NCBI GenBank assembly: GCA_041661985.1
Contig: JBAZTK010000008.1
Coordinates: 12,383-76,382 of the forward strand
Source: Sulfuricurvum sp.
Lineage (GTDB): Bacteria; Campylobacterota; Campylobacteria; Campylobacterales; Sulfurimonadaceae
Direction: 5' to 3'
Length of the DNA stretch: 64,000 bases
Each line of letters begins with the position of its first letter. The first letter of the stretch is position 1. The position numbers and the translations under genes were made by a program. Positions 9,858 through 21,300 of this stretch are shown here, piece after piece. The notes under the pieces are model-generated. The model was given only the letters and a program-made list of their open reading frames with translations, ran no database searches and had not been told where the DNA came from.

Positions 9858-10286
9858 CTATCGTAGTTGTTTAAATTGTGTGGAAGTGAGTTTAAAAATC
9901 TTTGAAGGAGCGCGTTCTTGAAAACCCTGCGCATCTTCTATGATAAGATCGCTGTGCGCTTCACAAAAACGGCGATCAAAGTATTTCCCGCTCTCGTTGG
10001 CTGAAGTCGAATAGAGCCACCCATATTTTGCAATCAATGATGCATGAGGCTCTTCGCTTACATAACGGAAAGCCTGATTTTTGAGGACAAAGGTTGTCTT
10101 TCGTGTATGACGAAACCATGCCCGATATTTGAGAGGAATGCGGGTATGCTCTTGTAAAATTTTGAGAGAGGCAAACACTTTCAAGTAGGGTTTCCCCTCC
10201 TTGCGCCCTTTGACAATATTTAATCGCGATTCATCTTGGGAAAGAAATCCGACAGTGGTGTCGGTCTGAGCGAGAATGAGATGCAT
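9858..10286 (-). CDS. Sua5/YrdC-family protein (short form)
   Basis: ILAQTDTTVGFLS and LYSTSANESG motifs of the YrdC fold. Confidence 0.75.
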   Translation of the reverse strand: MHLILAQTDTTVGFLSQDESRLNIVKGRKEGKPYLKVFASLKILQEHTRIPLKYRAWFRHTRKTTFVLKNQAFRYVSEEPHASLIAKYGWLYSTSANESGKYFDRRFCEAHSDLIIEDAQGFQERAPSKIFKLTSTQFKQLR

Positions 10287-10290
10287 TAGC

Positions 10291-13200
10291 TTATTGGATT
10301 AGGTAATCTTGCAATGCCTGTGGCTTCATCCAGCCATCATCATGCATCTGAGCCATAGCTTCAATGGCAGCACGAGCAGCGCTGAGGGTAGTGAAATACG
10401 GTATTCCCATACGCAATACGATTTGTCGAATTTGCTCTGCATCCTTTTTTGCTGTTTGATTATCGGATGTATTAATGGCAAGAGAAATATCGCCATTTTT
10501 CATGATGTCTTCAATGTTAGGACGACCCTCAGAGATTTTGAGAACTTTTTGACAGGCAATTCCGGCATCCGCAATAATTTTTTGAGTTCCACCGGTTGCT
10601 ACGAGTGTAAAGCCTTGTGTCGTCAACCCACGTGCAATTTCAACGGCATGTTTTTTATCGGCATCGATAAAGGAGAGGAAACACGTACCTGATGTCGGAA
10701 TTTTATTGCCCGCAGCCAGTTGACTTTTGGCAAAACTGACCCCAAAGTTCTGGCTGATTCCCATGACCTCACCGGTTGATTTCATCTCAGGCGAGAGGAC
10801 GAGATCGGCACCGTAAAGTTTGTTGAACGGGAATACGGCTTCTTTAATCGCAACGTGCCCTTTGAGGCGAGGTTTGAGTAAACCATCCTCTTCCATGACG
10901 ACATCGTAGTTATCGTAATATTTGAGGGCATTGCGCAGGGTATCTCCCAGCATAACACGTGTGGCAATTTTAGCCAATGGCATACCAGTCGCTTTTGAGA
11001 CAAATGGCACGGTACGCGACGCTCTTGGATTCACTTCAATAATGTAAACTTCATTTTGATAAATTGCATATTGAATATTGAGAAGTCCAATGACCCCAAG
11101 TCCCAGTGCGATCACTTTGGTTTGTTGCTCTACTTCATACTTTAGCTCATCGCTCAATCCTACCGGAGGAAGAGAACATGCGCTGTCGCCAGAGTGTATT
11201 CCTGCTTCTTCGATGTGCTGCATAACAGATCCGATATAGACTTCAGTTCCATCAGAAATTGCATCAACATCAAGTTCAACGGCTTGATCAAGGAATTTAT
11301 CAACGAGTACCGGAGAATCGTTGCTTACCGATACGGCGACGTCCATATATGTACGCAAGTCATCTTCATTGTACACGATACGCATTGCGCGTCCGCCCAA
11401 AACGTAGGATGGGCGAACGAGTACAGGATAACCCAGTTTTTCGGCAACGACAAATGCTTGCTCTTTGGTCATGGCAATGCCGTTCTCTGGTTGCTTAAGC
11501 CCTTTTTCAACGACAAAAGCAGAGAACTTTTCACGATTTTCAGCCAAATCAATCACAGCAGCAGACGTTCCGGCGATAACGGCACCCATCTCTTCCAAAG
11601 AATTCGCCAATTTCAAGGGTGTTTGACCGCCGAAGTGGACGATAATACCGTTTGGTTGTTCTGCTTCAACAACGGCACGGACGTGTTCAAAATCAATTGG
11701 TTCGAAATAGAGGACGTCGGAGGTGTCATAGTCGGTAGAAACGGTTTCGGGATTACAGTTGTACATGATTGTCTCGATCCCCATCTCTTTGAGAGCAAAT
11801 GCGGCATGGACACAACAGTAATCAAATTCGATTCCCTGACCGATACGGTTTGGTCCGCCGCCTAAGATAAGAACTTTTTTCTTATCGCTTTTACGTGGCT
11901 CTTGAACCCCGAGTCGAGAGATATTGGTAGTTGAATACAGATACGGAGTCAGTGCCCCAAACTCTGCGGCACACGTATCGACTTCGTTGTATTCAAAGGC
12001 AATTTGGAGTGATTTTCTAGCATTATAGACATCATTTTCTTTTGCATTGCCACCATTTTGAGTGATAAGACGTGCAATATTTTTATCTGAAAACCCTTCG
12101 GTTTTAAGGCGTCGTAATTGGTTCTCATCTTTGAGCGTTGCAGAAGTAATTACGGATTCTTGAGTCACAAGTTCTTCGATTTGTGTCAGGAACCATGGAT
12201 CGATTTTGGAGAGTTCAAAGATATCACTATGGCTCAGACCCATGCGGAACCCTTGCGCAACATAGAGGATACGCTCAGCGTTTGGACGACGGATTTCGTG
12301 CTTAACAAATTCTAAATCACCGTCTATCGGGTCAAATCCGCTCAGACCTGTTTCGAGGGAGCAAAGTGCTTTTTGGACAGACTCTTTGAAAGTACGGCCG
12401 ATGGCCATGGCTTCTCCTACCGATTTCATACTGGTAGTAAGCGTTGACTCCGCTTCAGGGAATTTTTCAAATGTGAAACGGGGAACTTTGGTGACGATGT
12501 AGTCAATAACCGGTTCAAAACTCGCAGGCGTTCCGGTAATGTCGTTGGTAAGTTCATCGAGGGTAAATCCAACTGCAAGCATGGTAGCGATTTTGGCAAT
12601 TGGATAACCGGTCGCTTTGGATGCCAGTGCGGATGAACGGGAAACACGCGGATTCATCTCGATAACGATCATACGTCCCGTTTTTGGATCAACCGAGAAT
12701 TGCACGTTCGATCCGCCGGTGTCTACTCCTACTTCACGCAAAATGGCAAATGAGGCGTCACGCATACGCTGATATTCTTTGTCGGTGAGGGTGAGGGCAG
12801 GGGCTACGGTGATGGAATCACCTGTATGAACGCCCATAGGGTCAAAGTTTTCAATGGAACAAACAATGATACAGTTATCGTTACGGTCACGTATAACTTC
12901 CATTTCGTATTCTTTCCATCCAAGGAGGGATTCTTCGATCAAAATCTCAGTAACGGGGCTTTCGTCTAAGCCTCTTTGTGCGAGTAATTTGAACTCATCA
13001 ATGTTATAAGCAACACCGCTTCCTCCACCTGCAAGGGTGTAAGATGCTCGGATTATGAGTGGAAAACCTATCGTATTGGCAGCATTAAGAGCTTCGTCCA
13101 TATTGTACGCATATTGGGAAATTGGAAGATCCATTCCAATTTTGATCATGCACTCTTTGAAGGCTTGTCGGTCTTCCCCTTTTTTAATGGCAGAAGGACT

Positions 13201-13548
13201 TGCACCCAAAAATTCAACACCCTCCAACATTCCTGCTTCATGCATTAACATAGCGGCATTGAGTGCTGTTTGCCCTCCCATTGTCGGCAGGATGGCATCA
13301 ACGTTTTCTTGTTTAATAATTTGAGCAATAATTTCAGGTTTGATTGGTTCGATATAGGTGCGATCGGCAAACTCAGGATCGGTCATAATAGTAGCTGGAT
13401 TGGAGTTGATCAAAACAACGCGATAGCCTAACTCTTTAAGCGTTTTTACGGCTTGCGTTCCAGAGTAGTCAAATTCGCACGCCTGACCGATGACAATCGG
13501 GCCTGATCCGATAAGGAGTATGGTTTTGATGTCGTCGCGTTTTGGCAT
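10291..13548 (-). CDS. carB: Carbamoyl-phosphate synthase large subunit
   Basis: [30 protein letters not shown]; duplicated ATP-grasp domains; MGS domain. Confidence 0.98.
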   Translation of the reverse strand: MPKRDDIKTILLIGSGPIVIGQACEFDYSGTQAVKTLKELGYRVVLINSNPATIMTDPEFADRTYIEPIKPEIIAQIIKQENVDAILPTMGGQTALNAAMLMHEAGMLEGVEFLGASPSAIKKGEDRQAFKECMIKIGMDLPISQYAYNMDEALNAANTIGFPLIIRASYTLAGGGSGVAYNIDEFKLLAQRGLDESPVTEILIEESLLGWKEYEMEVIRDRNDNCIIVCSIENFDPMGVHTGDSITVAPALTLTDKEYQRMRDASFAILREVGVDTGGSNVQFSVDPKTGRMIVIEMNPRVSRSSALASKATGYPIAKIATMLAVGFTLDELTNDITGTPASFEPVIDYIVTKVPRFTFEKFPEAESTLTTSMKSVGEAMAIGRTFKESVQKALCSLETGLSGFDPIDGDLEFVKHEIRRPNAERILYVAQGFRMGLSHSDIFELSKIDPWFLTQIEELVTQESVITSATLKDENQLRRLKTEGFSDKNIARLITQNGGNAKENDVYNARKSLQIAFEYNEVDTCAAEFGALTPYLYSTTNISRLGVQEPRKSDKKKVLILGGGPNRIGQGIEFDYCCVHAAFALKEMGIETIMYNCNPETVSTDYDTSDVLYFEPIDFEHVRAVVEAEQPNGIIVHFGGQTPLKLANSLEEMGAVIAGTSAAVIDLAENREKFSAFVVEKGLKQPENGIAMTKEQAFVVAEKLGYPVLVRPSYVLGGRAMRIVYNEDDLRTYMDVAVSVSNDSPVLVDKFLDQAVELDVDAISDGTEVYIGSVMQHIEEAGIHSGDSACSLPPVGLSDELKYEVEQQTKVIALGLGVIGLLNIQYAIYQNEVYIIEVNPRASRTVPFVSKATGMPLAKIATRVMLGDTLRNALKYYDNYDVVMEEDGLLKPRLKGHVAIKEAVFPFNKLYGADLVLSPEMKSTGEVMGISQNFGVSFAKSQLAAGNKIPTSGTCFLSFIDADKKHAVEIARGLTTQGFTLVATGGTQKIIADAGIACQKVLKISEGRPNIEDIMKNGDISLAINTSDNQTAKKDAEQIRQIVLRMGIPYFTTLSAARAAIEAMAQMHDDGWMKPQALQDYLIQ

Positions 13549-13617
13549 TAGTGTCCCTCATAATCAATAAATTTGCTAATTATAGGGCAAAAGCACTTAA
13601 AATCGGATTATTGAGGG

Positions 13618-14385
13618 CTATCTCACTTTGGTTATAATGTGAAAATAAGCAGGTTTTTTGGAGTAAAAATAGGGTTCCAATACGGCACTTTGGTAACCGC
13701 TTGCCCGTGACATGGAAATGACTTTTCCTACCTGTAATCCGGAGAGAAAGATTTGGTCCAAGCCTGATGTAGTCACTTCATCTCCAATGGCAATGGGAAC
13801 CCATGTAGGTATAAAATCGACGATTAAATGACGTTCATTATTTCCGCGAACAATACCCGGTGCCATCGAGCTTCCAATCGAGACGGCATACGTGCATTTT
13901 ACATCACCGTTGAGCAATGCCATTGGGCGATTATTACTTGAGACTACTATGCCTGCTGCATATCCGCGGTATAAAAGTCCATACACCTGCTTAGGGTTAA
14001 AGTGATCCATTTCTAGCCACAGTTTATGAGGGTCACCCATGCGAACATAGGAAATTGTACGTACTAGACCAAGTGCGGGAAGCGTTTTAATTGAACTGTT
14101 TTGCTCTCGCATTATATTGTTGTATTCATCTGCTACTTGATGCATGGTTAAGAGCTCACGTTCATAATAACGATTTTCACGCTGCAGTTTTATGATGGTG
14201 TTTTTTTGATCAACATGTTCAATGACAGATTGATTAAATCTCTGAATCTGATCAAGATAGGAAGTCTTAATCGTTTGCGACAGTTTTAGAAAAGGGGACT
14301 GAAGAAAAGGGCTGAAATAAAGAGCTCCGCTCACGCATCCTATAAAGAAAAGTGTGAGCCAAAGGCGCTGTTTATTCATTATCAA
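13618..14385 (-). CDS. mreC: Rod shape-determining protein MreC
   Basis: N-terminal TM and coiled coil; GDEVTTSGLDQIFLSGLQVGKV; downstream of mreB. Confidence 0.9.
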   Translation of the reverse strand: MIMNKQRLWLTLFFIGCVSGALYFSPFLQSPFLKLSQTIKTSYLDQIQRFNQSVIEHVDQKNTIIKLQRENRYYERELLTMHQVADEYNNIMREQNSSIKTLPALGLVRTISYVRMGDPHKLWLEMDHFNPKQVYGLLYRGYAAGIVVSSNNRPMALLNGDVKCTYAVSIGSSMAPGIVRGNNERHLIVDFIPTWVPIAIGDEVTTSGLDQIFLSGLQVGKVISMSRASGYQSAVLEPYFYSKKPAYFHIITKVR

Positions 14386-15409
14386 AAAGTTCGTGAAGCT
14401 GATCTATCTCTTCCAATGCACGTCCGGTTCCACGAGCAACACATAGCAATGGTTCATCTGCTACGTACACAGGGATTTTAATGGTTTCTGAGAGGAACTT
14501 GTCCAGCTGACGGATCAATGCTCCACCACCTGTCAGGATAACTCCATTGTTAACAATATCACCCGCAAGGTCAGGTGGCATATTCTCGAGTACATCACGA
14601 ACAGCTTCTAATATCTCTTTGAGAGGATCACGCATCGCTTCACGGGCATCTTCACTACTGAGTTCAAGTGACGTTAAGAGACCTTCAACCTGGTCACGAC
14701 CGTTGACGATCATCTTGAGCTCTTGTGCCAATGGCATTGCTGTACCAATATTGATCTTGATGTCCTCAGCGATACGCTCACCGATGAGAAGATTGTATTT
14801 ACGCTTTACATAGTCCATGATAGCACGGTCGATTTTATCACCTGCTACACGGATAGAGCGGCATAATACTAAACCGCCCAAAGAGATAACACCGATTTCA
14901 GTAGTTCCCCCTCCGATATCGACAATGATATTACCTTTAGGTTCACGAATATCAATGCCTGCACCAATAGCAGCGGCCATTGGCTCATCAATAAGATACA
15001 CTTCACGGGCACCCGCACTCATCGCGGATTCACGAACTGCTTTACGCTCGACTTGGGTAAGCCCATAAGGGATACAGATAATGATACGAGGAGAGATCAG
15101 GCTGCTACGTCCGTGCGCTTTTTCAATGAATTTGCGAATCATTTTTTCTGTCATATCGAAGTCAGCGATGACACCATCTTTCATTGGACGGATTGCTTTA
15201 ATATTTCCAGGAGTTTTCCCTACCATCTCCTTGGCCTCACGGCCTACGGCAAGAACTCTTTGATGACCATTCTTTTCTGTTTTGACAGCAACTACAGAGG
15301 GCTCATTAATAACAATACCTTTGCCTTTAACAATGACAAGAGTATTTGCGGTCCCCAAGTCGATGGAGAGATCATTGGAGAACATACCGATAAATTTATT
15401 AAATAACAT
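14372..15409 (-). CDS. mreB: Rod shape-determining protein MreB
   Basis: SIDLGTANT, VDIGGGTTE, LTGGGAL. Confidence 0.98.
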   Translation of the reverse strand: MLFNKFIGMFSNDLSIDLGTANTLVIVKGKGIVINEPSVVAVKTEKNGHQRVLAVGREAKEMVGKTPGNIKAIRPMKDGVIADFDMTEKMIRKFIEKAHGRSSLISPRIIICIPYGLTQVERKAVRESAMSAGAREVYLIDEPMAAAIGAGIDIREPKGNIIVDIGGGTTEIGVISLGGLVLCRSIRVAGDKIDRAIMDYVKRKYNLLIGERIAEDIKINIGTAMPLAQELKMIVNGRDQVEGLLTSLELSSEDAREAMRDPLKEILEAVRDVLENMPPDLAGDIVNNGVILTGGGALIRQLDKFLSETIKIPVYVADEPLLCVARGTGRALEEIDQLHELFDNE

Positions 15410-15418
15410 TTTTGTGTC

Positions 15419-16651
15419 CTATGCGCTTTTTTTAGTAGTTTTTTTGATGTATACGGGCTTGATTCTCTCTTCTACCACTTCTTTGGTAATGAGGACCTCA
15501 TATCCCGGGTATTCAGGAAGCTCGTACATGATGTCTCCCATGATCTCTTCCAAAATAGCACGTAATCCACGTGCTCCTGTTTTACGAGCCAATGCTTTTG
15601 CTCCGATTGCACTGAGTGCTTCTTTTTCAAAGGTGAGTTCAACATCATCAATGGCAAAAAGTTTAGTGTATTGTTTGATCAATGAGTTTTTAGGTTCTGT
15701 AAGAATACGAACCATCTCTTCTTCACTTATTTTATTCAGTGAAGCGATGATCGGTAGACGCCCGATAAGTTCAGGGATGAGTCCGTAGTTAACGAGATCA
15801 TCAGGTTCAACATTTTCAAAACTGTCGTCAATTTCGGTAGTTGAGCGCTTGTCATGACCAAAGCCCATAATATTATTGCCGCGTTTACGTTCTAATATCT
15901 GACCCAATCCATCAAACGCACCGCCGCAGATAAAGAGAATACCTGAGGTGTCGATTTGAATGAAGTCTTGATTAGGGTGTTTTCGTCCACCCTTTGGAGG
16001 GATATTGACAATCGCCCCTTCGATGATTTTTAGAAGCGCTTGCTGTACACCTTCGCCTGAGACGTCACGGGTGATGGAGCGGTTTTCGCTCATGCGCGAA
16101 ATTTTATCAATCTCATCGATAAAGACGATTCCCTGCTGTGCCCGCTCAATATCACCATCGGCTGCTTGCAGAAGTTTGGTCAAAATGTTTTCAACGTCTT
16201 CTCCTACGTATCCAGCTTCCGTAAGGCTTGTGGCATCGGCAATAGCAATTGGAACATTAAGGACACGGGCGATGGTTTGTGCCATAAGTGTTTTTCCGCT
16301 TCCGGTTGGTCCGATAAGAAGAACATTAGATTTGGCAATTTCAGTCTCATCATCCACCAAATGACGTTTAAAGATACGCTTGTAATGATTGTAGACAGCT
16401 ACTGATAAGAGTTTACGTGCACGCTCTTGACCAATGATGTATTGTCCTAAAAAGAGGTTGAGCTCTTTTGGGGTGAGCAATTCGGTTGCTGTAATTTCGG
16501 AAGTTTCAGGTGTGTTAGCATCACTGTCTCCAAACATGATCTTGTAGGCTGAGAATACACAGTTTTTACAAATATAGACAGCTGTTCCTGCAATGAGCGG
16601 GTTATGTTCACTCTCTTGGGCTTCACAAAAACTGCAATGGCGATGAATCAT
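15419..16651 (-). CDS. clpX: ATP-dependent Clp protease ATP-binding subunit ClpX
   Basis: Zinc-binding CSFC...[26 protein letters not shown]. Start at ATG 16651 overlaps the lpxA stop (ATGA). Confidence 0.97.
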   Translation of the reverse strand: MIHRHCSFCEAQESEHNPLIAGTAVYICKNCVFSAYKIMFGDSDANTPETSEITATELLTPKELNLFLGQYIIGQERARKLLSVAVYNHYKRIFKRHLVDDETEIAKSNVLLIGPTGSGKTLMAQTIARVLNVPIAIADATSLTEAGYVGEDVENILTKLLQAADGDIERAQQGIVFIDEIDKISRMSENRSITRDVSGEGVQQALLKIIEGAIVNIPPKGGRKHPNQDFIQIDTSGILFICGGAFDGLGQILERKRGNNIMGFGHDKRSTTEIDDSFENVEPDDLVNYGLIPELIGRLPIIASLNKISEEEMVRILTEPKNSLIKQYTKLFAIDDVELTFEKEALSAIGAKALARKTGARGLRAILEEIMGDIMYELPEYPGYEVLITKEVVEERIKPVYIKKTTKKSA

Positions 16652-17433
16652 CCTTGAATCCTTTCGTAGGGAATACCCCGTTTGGTGTTGATTATAAAGG
16701 TACACATAGTTTTGACATACTCACTGGAAGTGCTACTTAAAAGCTCAGAAGCGACTTCTTGAAGCGGTTTACCTGATTCAAATAATTCACGGTAGGCATT
16801 TCGAAGGGCATCGATGTCTTCACGCTCAACATGACGGCGAAGACCATTGAGATTTAGACCTCGCAATACGGCACGGTTCCCCTCTACCAGACAATATGGG
16901 GGTACGTCTTGAGAGAGAGCTGAAGCGCCTGCAACCATCGCGTAGTCTCCTATTTTTACAAATTGATGAACCGGGGTCATACCGCCGATAACAGCATGAT
17001 TTCCCATCTCTACATGTCCTGCCAAGGTCGCTGCATTGGCTAAAATACAGTGGTCCCCAATAATAACGTCATGCCCTAAATGGACATAACCCATAAATAA
17101 ATTATGAGATCCAACGACGGTTTTTCCACCACCGCCCGCAGTACCGGGATTAAAGAGGGTGAACTCACGGATCGTGTTATGGTCGCCGATGATCAGCTCT
17201 ACTTCTTCTCCTGCATATTTTAGGTCTTGAGGAATCGATCCTAAAACGGCATGGGAAAAAATGGTGTTATTTTCGCCGATCGTTGTGTTGCCGTAGATGC
17301 ATGCACCCTGAGCGATTTTTGTCCCTTTGCCTATTTTGGACTTGCCTGAGATGAAACAAAAGGCTCCGATTTCAACATTATCGGCAATCATAGCACCTTC
17401 TTCAATAATGGCGTGAGGAGAGATTAAGCTCAT
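16648..17433 (-). CDS. lpxA: UDP-N-acetylglucosamine acyltransferase LpxA
   Basis: Hexapeptide repeats, [19 protein letters not shown]. Confidence 0.96.
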   Translation of the reverse strand: MSLISPHAIIEEGAMIADNVEIGAFCFISGKSKIGKGTKIAQGACIYGNTTIGENNTIFSHAVLGSIPQDLKYAGEEVELIIGDHNTIREFTLFNPGTAGGGGKTVVGSHNLFMGYVHLGHDVIIGDHCILANAATLAGHVEMGNHAVIGGMTPVHQFVKIGDYAMVAGASALSQDVPPYCLVEGNRAVLRGLNLNGLRRHVEREDIDALRNAYRELFESGKPLQEVASELLSSTSSEYVKTMCTFIINTKRGIPYERIQG

Positions 17434-17439
17434 TGTGAC

Positions 17440-17883
17440 CTACTTGTCTACGATCATGGCTTTGAGTTCGGCTTCAGAGACGAGTGCATCATCTACGTAG
17501 GCTTTACCTTCGAGTACCCAGATTGAACCTTTGTGCTTGATTACTTTCATACGGTATTCAAGGCGATCTCCCGGACGGACAGGTGCGCGAAATTTCGCGC
17601 CGTCAATGCTCATGAAATAAACTACCTTTTGAGCTGCCTCTTCTTCGGTCATGTCCATGCTTTGAAATGCGAGAATTCCACCTGCTTGTGCCATCCCCTC
17701 TAGAATCATAACACCCGGATAAATCGGGTGACCTGGAAAGTGCCCTTCGAATATTTGCTCACCAATGGTGACATTTTTAAACCCAATAAGGGATTCATTT
17801 GGAGTGAGATCTGTCACTCTATCGACGAGGAGAAATGGAAAACGGTGAGGCAAAATTTTTTGTATTTGAATAACATCTATCAT
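17440..17883 (-). CDS. fabZ: 3-hydroxyacyl-ACP dehydratase FabZ
   Basis: [32 protein letters not shown]. Confidence 0.97.
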   Translation of the reverse strand: MIDVIQIQKILPHRFPFLLVDRVTDLTPNESLIGFKNVTIGEQIFEGHFPGHPIYPGVMILEGMAQAGGILAFQSMDMTEEEAAQKVVYFMSIDGAKFRAPVRPGDRLEYRMKVIKHKGSIWVLEGKAYVDDALVSEAELKAMIVDK

Positions 17884-17945
17884 TTGTAATAGTACCTTAG
17901 TGAATTAAGTCGCCCAATTTTATCGTAAAAACGGTTAATTGATAA

Positions 17946-19565
17946 TTATAAGTTTTTAAGCGTATGTTTGACTAGCAGGTCAGCTACTTCAAAACTTGCA
18001 TCCACGAATTTCAATTCAGGCAGGTCTCTCATACTTTTTCGCTCTTCAGCACTGTCGATTTTGATAATAATATTGGCTTTTTTATCATAATTTAGCACGG
18101 CTTCACTGATGAGACGCCTATTTTGCTCACTGCTCATCGTGACAATGATTGCTTTTGCCTCTTTGACCATTAAGGACTCCAAAACGGGGAGTTTGTTCAA
18201 GTGACCGAAGTAGGCCATGTAACCGAGTTTTCTTGCATGCAAAACATGTTTAAGGTTATCGGAGATGATGATAAAGTTTGCCCCTTTGGCTTGCAAAGAG
18301 GCGGCGACAATCTTTCCAAGCATCGCAAATCCCGCGACGATAATATGATCTTTACGCTCGATGGGGGTAATGACGTCCGACTCATAAAACTCTTTCTCAA
18401 AATAGGAGGAGAGTTTATAAATATTCCCGACAATAAACGGGGTGAGGATCATGGATATGACGCTCACGAGGATCAAGAAACTTGCCATCTCTTCGCTAAT
18501 CAGTTTTTGCGCCCCTGCAAGGGCAAAAACGGCAAAGGAAAACTCCCCGATCTGTGCAAGGGAAAGCGCCGTTTTGGCTGAGGTGTTTTTATCGGAATTG
18601 CGTCGGATGATGGCATAGATAACCACCGCTTTAAAGAGCATGGCAAAGAGAAAAACAAAGGTGATAATGTGGATGTTTTCCAAAAAGTAGAGCATATTGA
18701 TCTTCGTCCCCACGCCGAAGAAAAAAGCACCTAAAAGGAGATCTTTATAGCTGGCAATGTCGGACTCAACTTTGACGTTAAAACGGGTATCGGCGATGAT
18801 CATCCCTGCGATAAACGCCCCCAGAGAGTAGGTAAAACCCATCGTATGTGCAAGAAGCGAAGCACCGATAAGAATAGAGAATACCGAACCCAAAAAGAGC
18901 TCTTCAAGCTCGGTTTTCGCTGAAAACTGCAAAAGGGCATTGACAATCTTTTCTCCGAGTGTAAACATAAATAGCACAACAAAAACGGCTGAGATGAGGG
19001 TTTGCACAAGGACTTCCCCTAGCGAGAGGGAGTGATTGGACAAAAAGGTGATGAGGAGCAAAATAGGGATAACGGCCAAATCTTGAAAGATCAAAATCCC
19101 CATCGATTTTTGACCGTAGGGGGTGTGGATATCTTTGGACTCTTTGAGATAGGTGAGGACGATGGCGGTGGACGAGAGGGAAAACGCCAAAGAGACGATG
19201 AGCGATGTGTTGAAATCGAGATGAAAAAGATAAAAGGAGAGTAAAAAGATCACCACGACGCTGAACACGACTTGCAGTACACCGTTGGTGAGGAGGATAT
19301 CTTTCATCTTTTTGATTTTCTCTAAACTCAGTTCCAGTCCGATGGTAAACATCAAAAAGACGATCCCAAACTCCCCGATTAAGTCTAACGAATCATTTTC
19401 AAGCCCATTGAATCCGAAAAGATAGCTGATGATGGTTCCTGTGGCAATATAGCCCAAGATATGAGAGACGCCGAAGCGTTTGAGGATGATGTTGAGAACC
19501 GTAGCGATGGCAATGGTTAAAAATATTGATAAGAGTAGCTTTTCCATATGGATATTATAGTGCAA
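17946..19565 (-). CDS. Cation:proton antiporter (CPA2, KefB/KefC-like) with TrkA-N domain
   Basis: GIVFLMFTIGLE, GILIFQDLAV, LAQIGEFSF; C-terminal HIIVAGFAMLG KTN domain. Confidence 0.9.
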   Translation of the reverse strand: MHYNIHMEKLLLSIFLTIAIATVLNIILKRFGVSHILGYIATGTIISYLFGFNGLENDSLDLIGEFGIVFLMFTIGLELSLEKIKKMKDILLTNGVLQVVFSVVVIFLLSFYLFHLDFNTSLIVSLAFSLSSTAIVLTYLKESKDIHTPYGQKSMGILIFQDLAVIPILLLITFLSNHSLSLGEVLVQTLISAVFVVLFMFTLGEKIVNALLQFSAKTELEELFLGSVFSILIGASLLAHTMGFTYSLGAFIAGMIIADTRFNVKVESDIASYKDLLLGAFFFGVGTKINMLYFLENIHIITFVFLFAMLFKAVVIYAIIRRNSDKNTSAKTALSLAQIGEFSFAVFALAGAQKLISEEMASFLILVSVISMILTPFIVGNIYKLSSYFEKEFYESDVITPIERKDHIIVAGFAMLGKIVAASLQAKGANFIIISDNLKHVLHARKLGYMAYFGHLNKLPVLESLMVKEAKAIIVTMSSEQNRRLISEAVLNYDKKANIIIKIDSAEERKSMRDLPELKFVDASFEVADLLVKHTLKNL

Positions 19566-19609
19566 GGTTCGTGCTAAGGGTGGTTAAAAAGTAGGCGAGG
19601 CGGAAAGTT

Positions 19610-20689
19610 TTACAAAAGAATGAGCTTTTCTCTCGTATCATCATACGTTTTTGTCTCTAAAATGAGAGTAATTTTAGCGGTTGGTATTTCATCAACAACG
19701 ATGATGGCTGAGGTATTAAAAGATGTTCCTGTTAGCTGCGTTCGTAACGCTATTTCAAGCTCGGATGAAGGGGCATTGAAGATCAGTTCTTGTGTGTTTT
19801 TATAGACTGATGAGGTGAGGGTATTGAACGTTTTTAGAGTGATAAAACGGACTTCTTCACGGTTGAGAAAATGTTGATCGTTAAGTTCAAAATCAATTTT
19901 TCCTTCGGTACGTGTACGATTGATCGTTGAGTAAATGAGTGGGTAGGAAGGGATGATTTGGCTGTCTGCTTTAAGGGATGCGCGCATAAGGCGATAGTTT
20001 AAAAAGCGTTCTCGGATGATTTTATAGGGGATATTGTTATCTTCTAAATCCATACGTTTGGAATAAAGTTCAATGCGCTCTTCGATGGAGGCAGGAAGGA
20101 TTTGTTTGGACAAGGGAGAGAACATCTCATCCATCAAACGGTGCTGTTGGTCGCGTTGCATGGTGAGGCCGAAAATACAGCCGCAGTAGTCCTGACGGTA
20201 GAGCTGTTCTTCTTTACTGACACGACTTTGATCATTGGTTCCGCCATTTTTACGGTAATCAAACGCGATGAATTCAACACCGTGCGAGGCATGAAAGGTA
20301 TCGCCTGATTTTTTGAGTTGATCTTGGGATTTTTGGGGACTCACAAGCAGGGTAGTCGTCATAGACGTTTCACCAAGCTCCAGTGCTTTATGCGCACTTA
20401 CTTCAAAACGGCGGTCAAAGCAGACTTCGCAGCGCGCACCTTTTTCAGGCTCTTTTTCGAGTCCTCGGACGGCATCCATCCAGTTTTCATAATCGTATTC
20501 GCCTTCGATGAGCTCAATCCCCAGTTTTTTACAGCTACGCGCTACGTCAAGAAGTCGGAGTTGATATTCGCTGTAGGGGTGGATATTGGGATCATAGAAG
20601 AACCCGACGAGCTTTTCATCGGGGTATTCCTGCTGCAGCTTCTCCATAAAAAAATGGGAATCAACGCTGCAGCAGATGTGGACGAGCAT
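19610..20689 (-). CDS. queH: Epoxyqueuosine reductase QueH
   Basis: MLVHICCSVDS, FYDPNIHPYSEY, RCEVCFDRR, YRQDYCGC. Confidence 0.9.
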   Translation of the reverse strand: MLVHICCSVDSHFFMEKLQQEYPDEKLVGFFYDPNIHPYSEYQLRLLDVARSCKKLGIELIEGEYDYENWMDAVRGLEKEPEKGARCEVCFDRRFEVSAHKALELGETSMTTTLLVSPQKSQDQLKKSGDTFHASHGVEFIAFDYRKNGGTNDQSRVSKEEQLYRQDYCGCIFGLTMQRDQQHRLMDEMFSPLSKQILPASIEERIELYSKRMDLEDNNIPYKIIRERFLNYRLMRASLKADSQIIPSYPLIYSTINRTRTEGKIDFELNDQHFLNREEVRFITLKTFNTLTSSVYKNTQELIFNAPSSELEIALRTQLTGTSFNTSAIIVVDEIPTAKITLILETKTYDDTREKLILL

Positions 20690-20692
20690 GGT

Positions 20693-21199
20693 TTAGTTTT
20701 TTTCCGCCAAAATTTCTACTTTTTCAATGACGTCGCGCATAGCGATACTGTCAAGAACTGCCATAGACTCTTTATCATCCGCTTCAATTCCGCCAAATAC
20801 GGTGTGGACACCGTCAAGGTGAGGAGTTGCAGCAAAACAGATGAAGAACTGGCTTCCACCTGTGTTTGGTCCAGCATGTGCCATAGAGAGGGTCCCTTTG
20901 ACATGCTTGTGTTTGTTGAGTGATGTCTCGCAAGCAATTGCCCATCCTGGACCGCCTGTACCTGTACCCGTAGGACATCCGCCTTGCGCCATGAATCCTG
21001 GAATTACGCGGTGGAAATTAAGACCGTTATAATAGCCATCGTTTACGAGTGCCGCGAAGTTTGCAACGGTATTAGGTGTCTCTTCATTGTACAGTTTGAT
21101 CCAGATAACCCCTTTTGCAGTGGTCATTTTTGCCCATTGGTAGCTTGCTAACTCTTCGGCAGTTGGTGTATACGTTTTAAGTTCTTTGCGTCCGAACAT
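20693..21199 (-). CDS. Cyclophilin-type peptidyl-prolyl isomerase
   Basis: [34 protein letters not shown]. Confidence 0.95.
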   Translation of the reverse strand: MFGRKELKTYTPTAEELASYQWAKMTTAKGVIWIKLYNEETPNTVANFAALVNDGYYNGLNFHRVIPGFMAQGGCPTGTGTGGPGWAIACETSLNKHKHVKGTLSMAHAGPNTGGSQFFICFAATPHLDGVHTVFGGIEADDKESMAVLDSIAMRDVIEKVEILAEKN

Positions 21200-21300
21200 G
21201 TGTTTGTCCTTGAGGGAATTTTTTGCAATTATAGTGGATAAATCTTAACCAATCGGGTGGAATGGGTTATAATAGAGCGAATTAATTTGGAAGGAGTCGT

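Noticed and set aside
11194-11865. Long antisense ORFs (11194-11865, 20318-20923, 21835-22428, 27918-28505 and others)
   Set aside because: They lie opposite well-supported genes and show no motifs or RBS; these are shadow ORFs.
19567-19576. GTTCGTGCTA, partial match to the 18-bp operator
   Set aside because: Only 10 nt match, the orientation is opposite to the nearby antiporter gene, and the -10 spacing is not reproduced.
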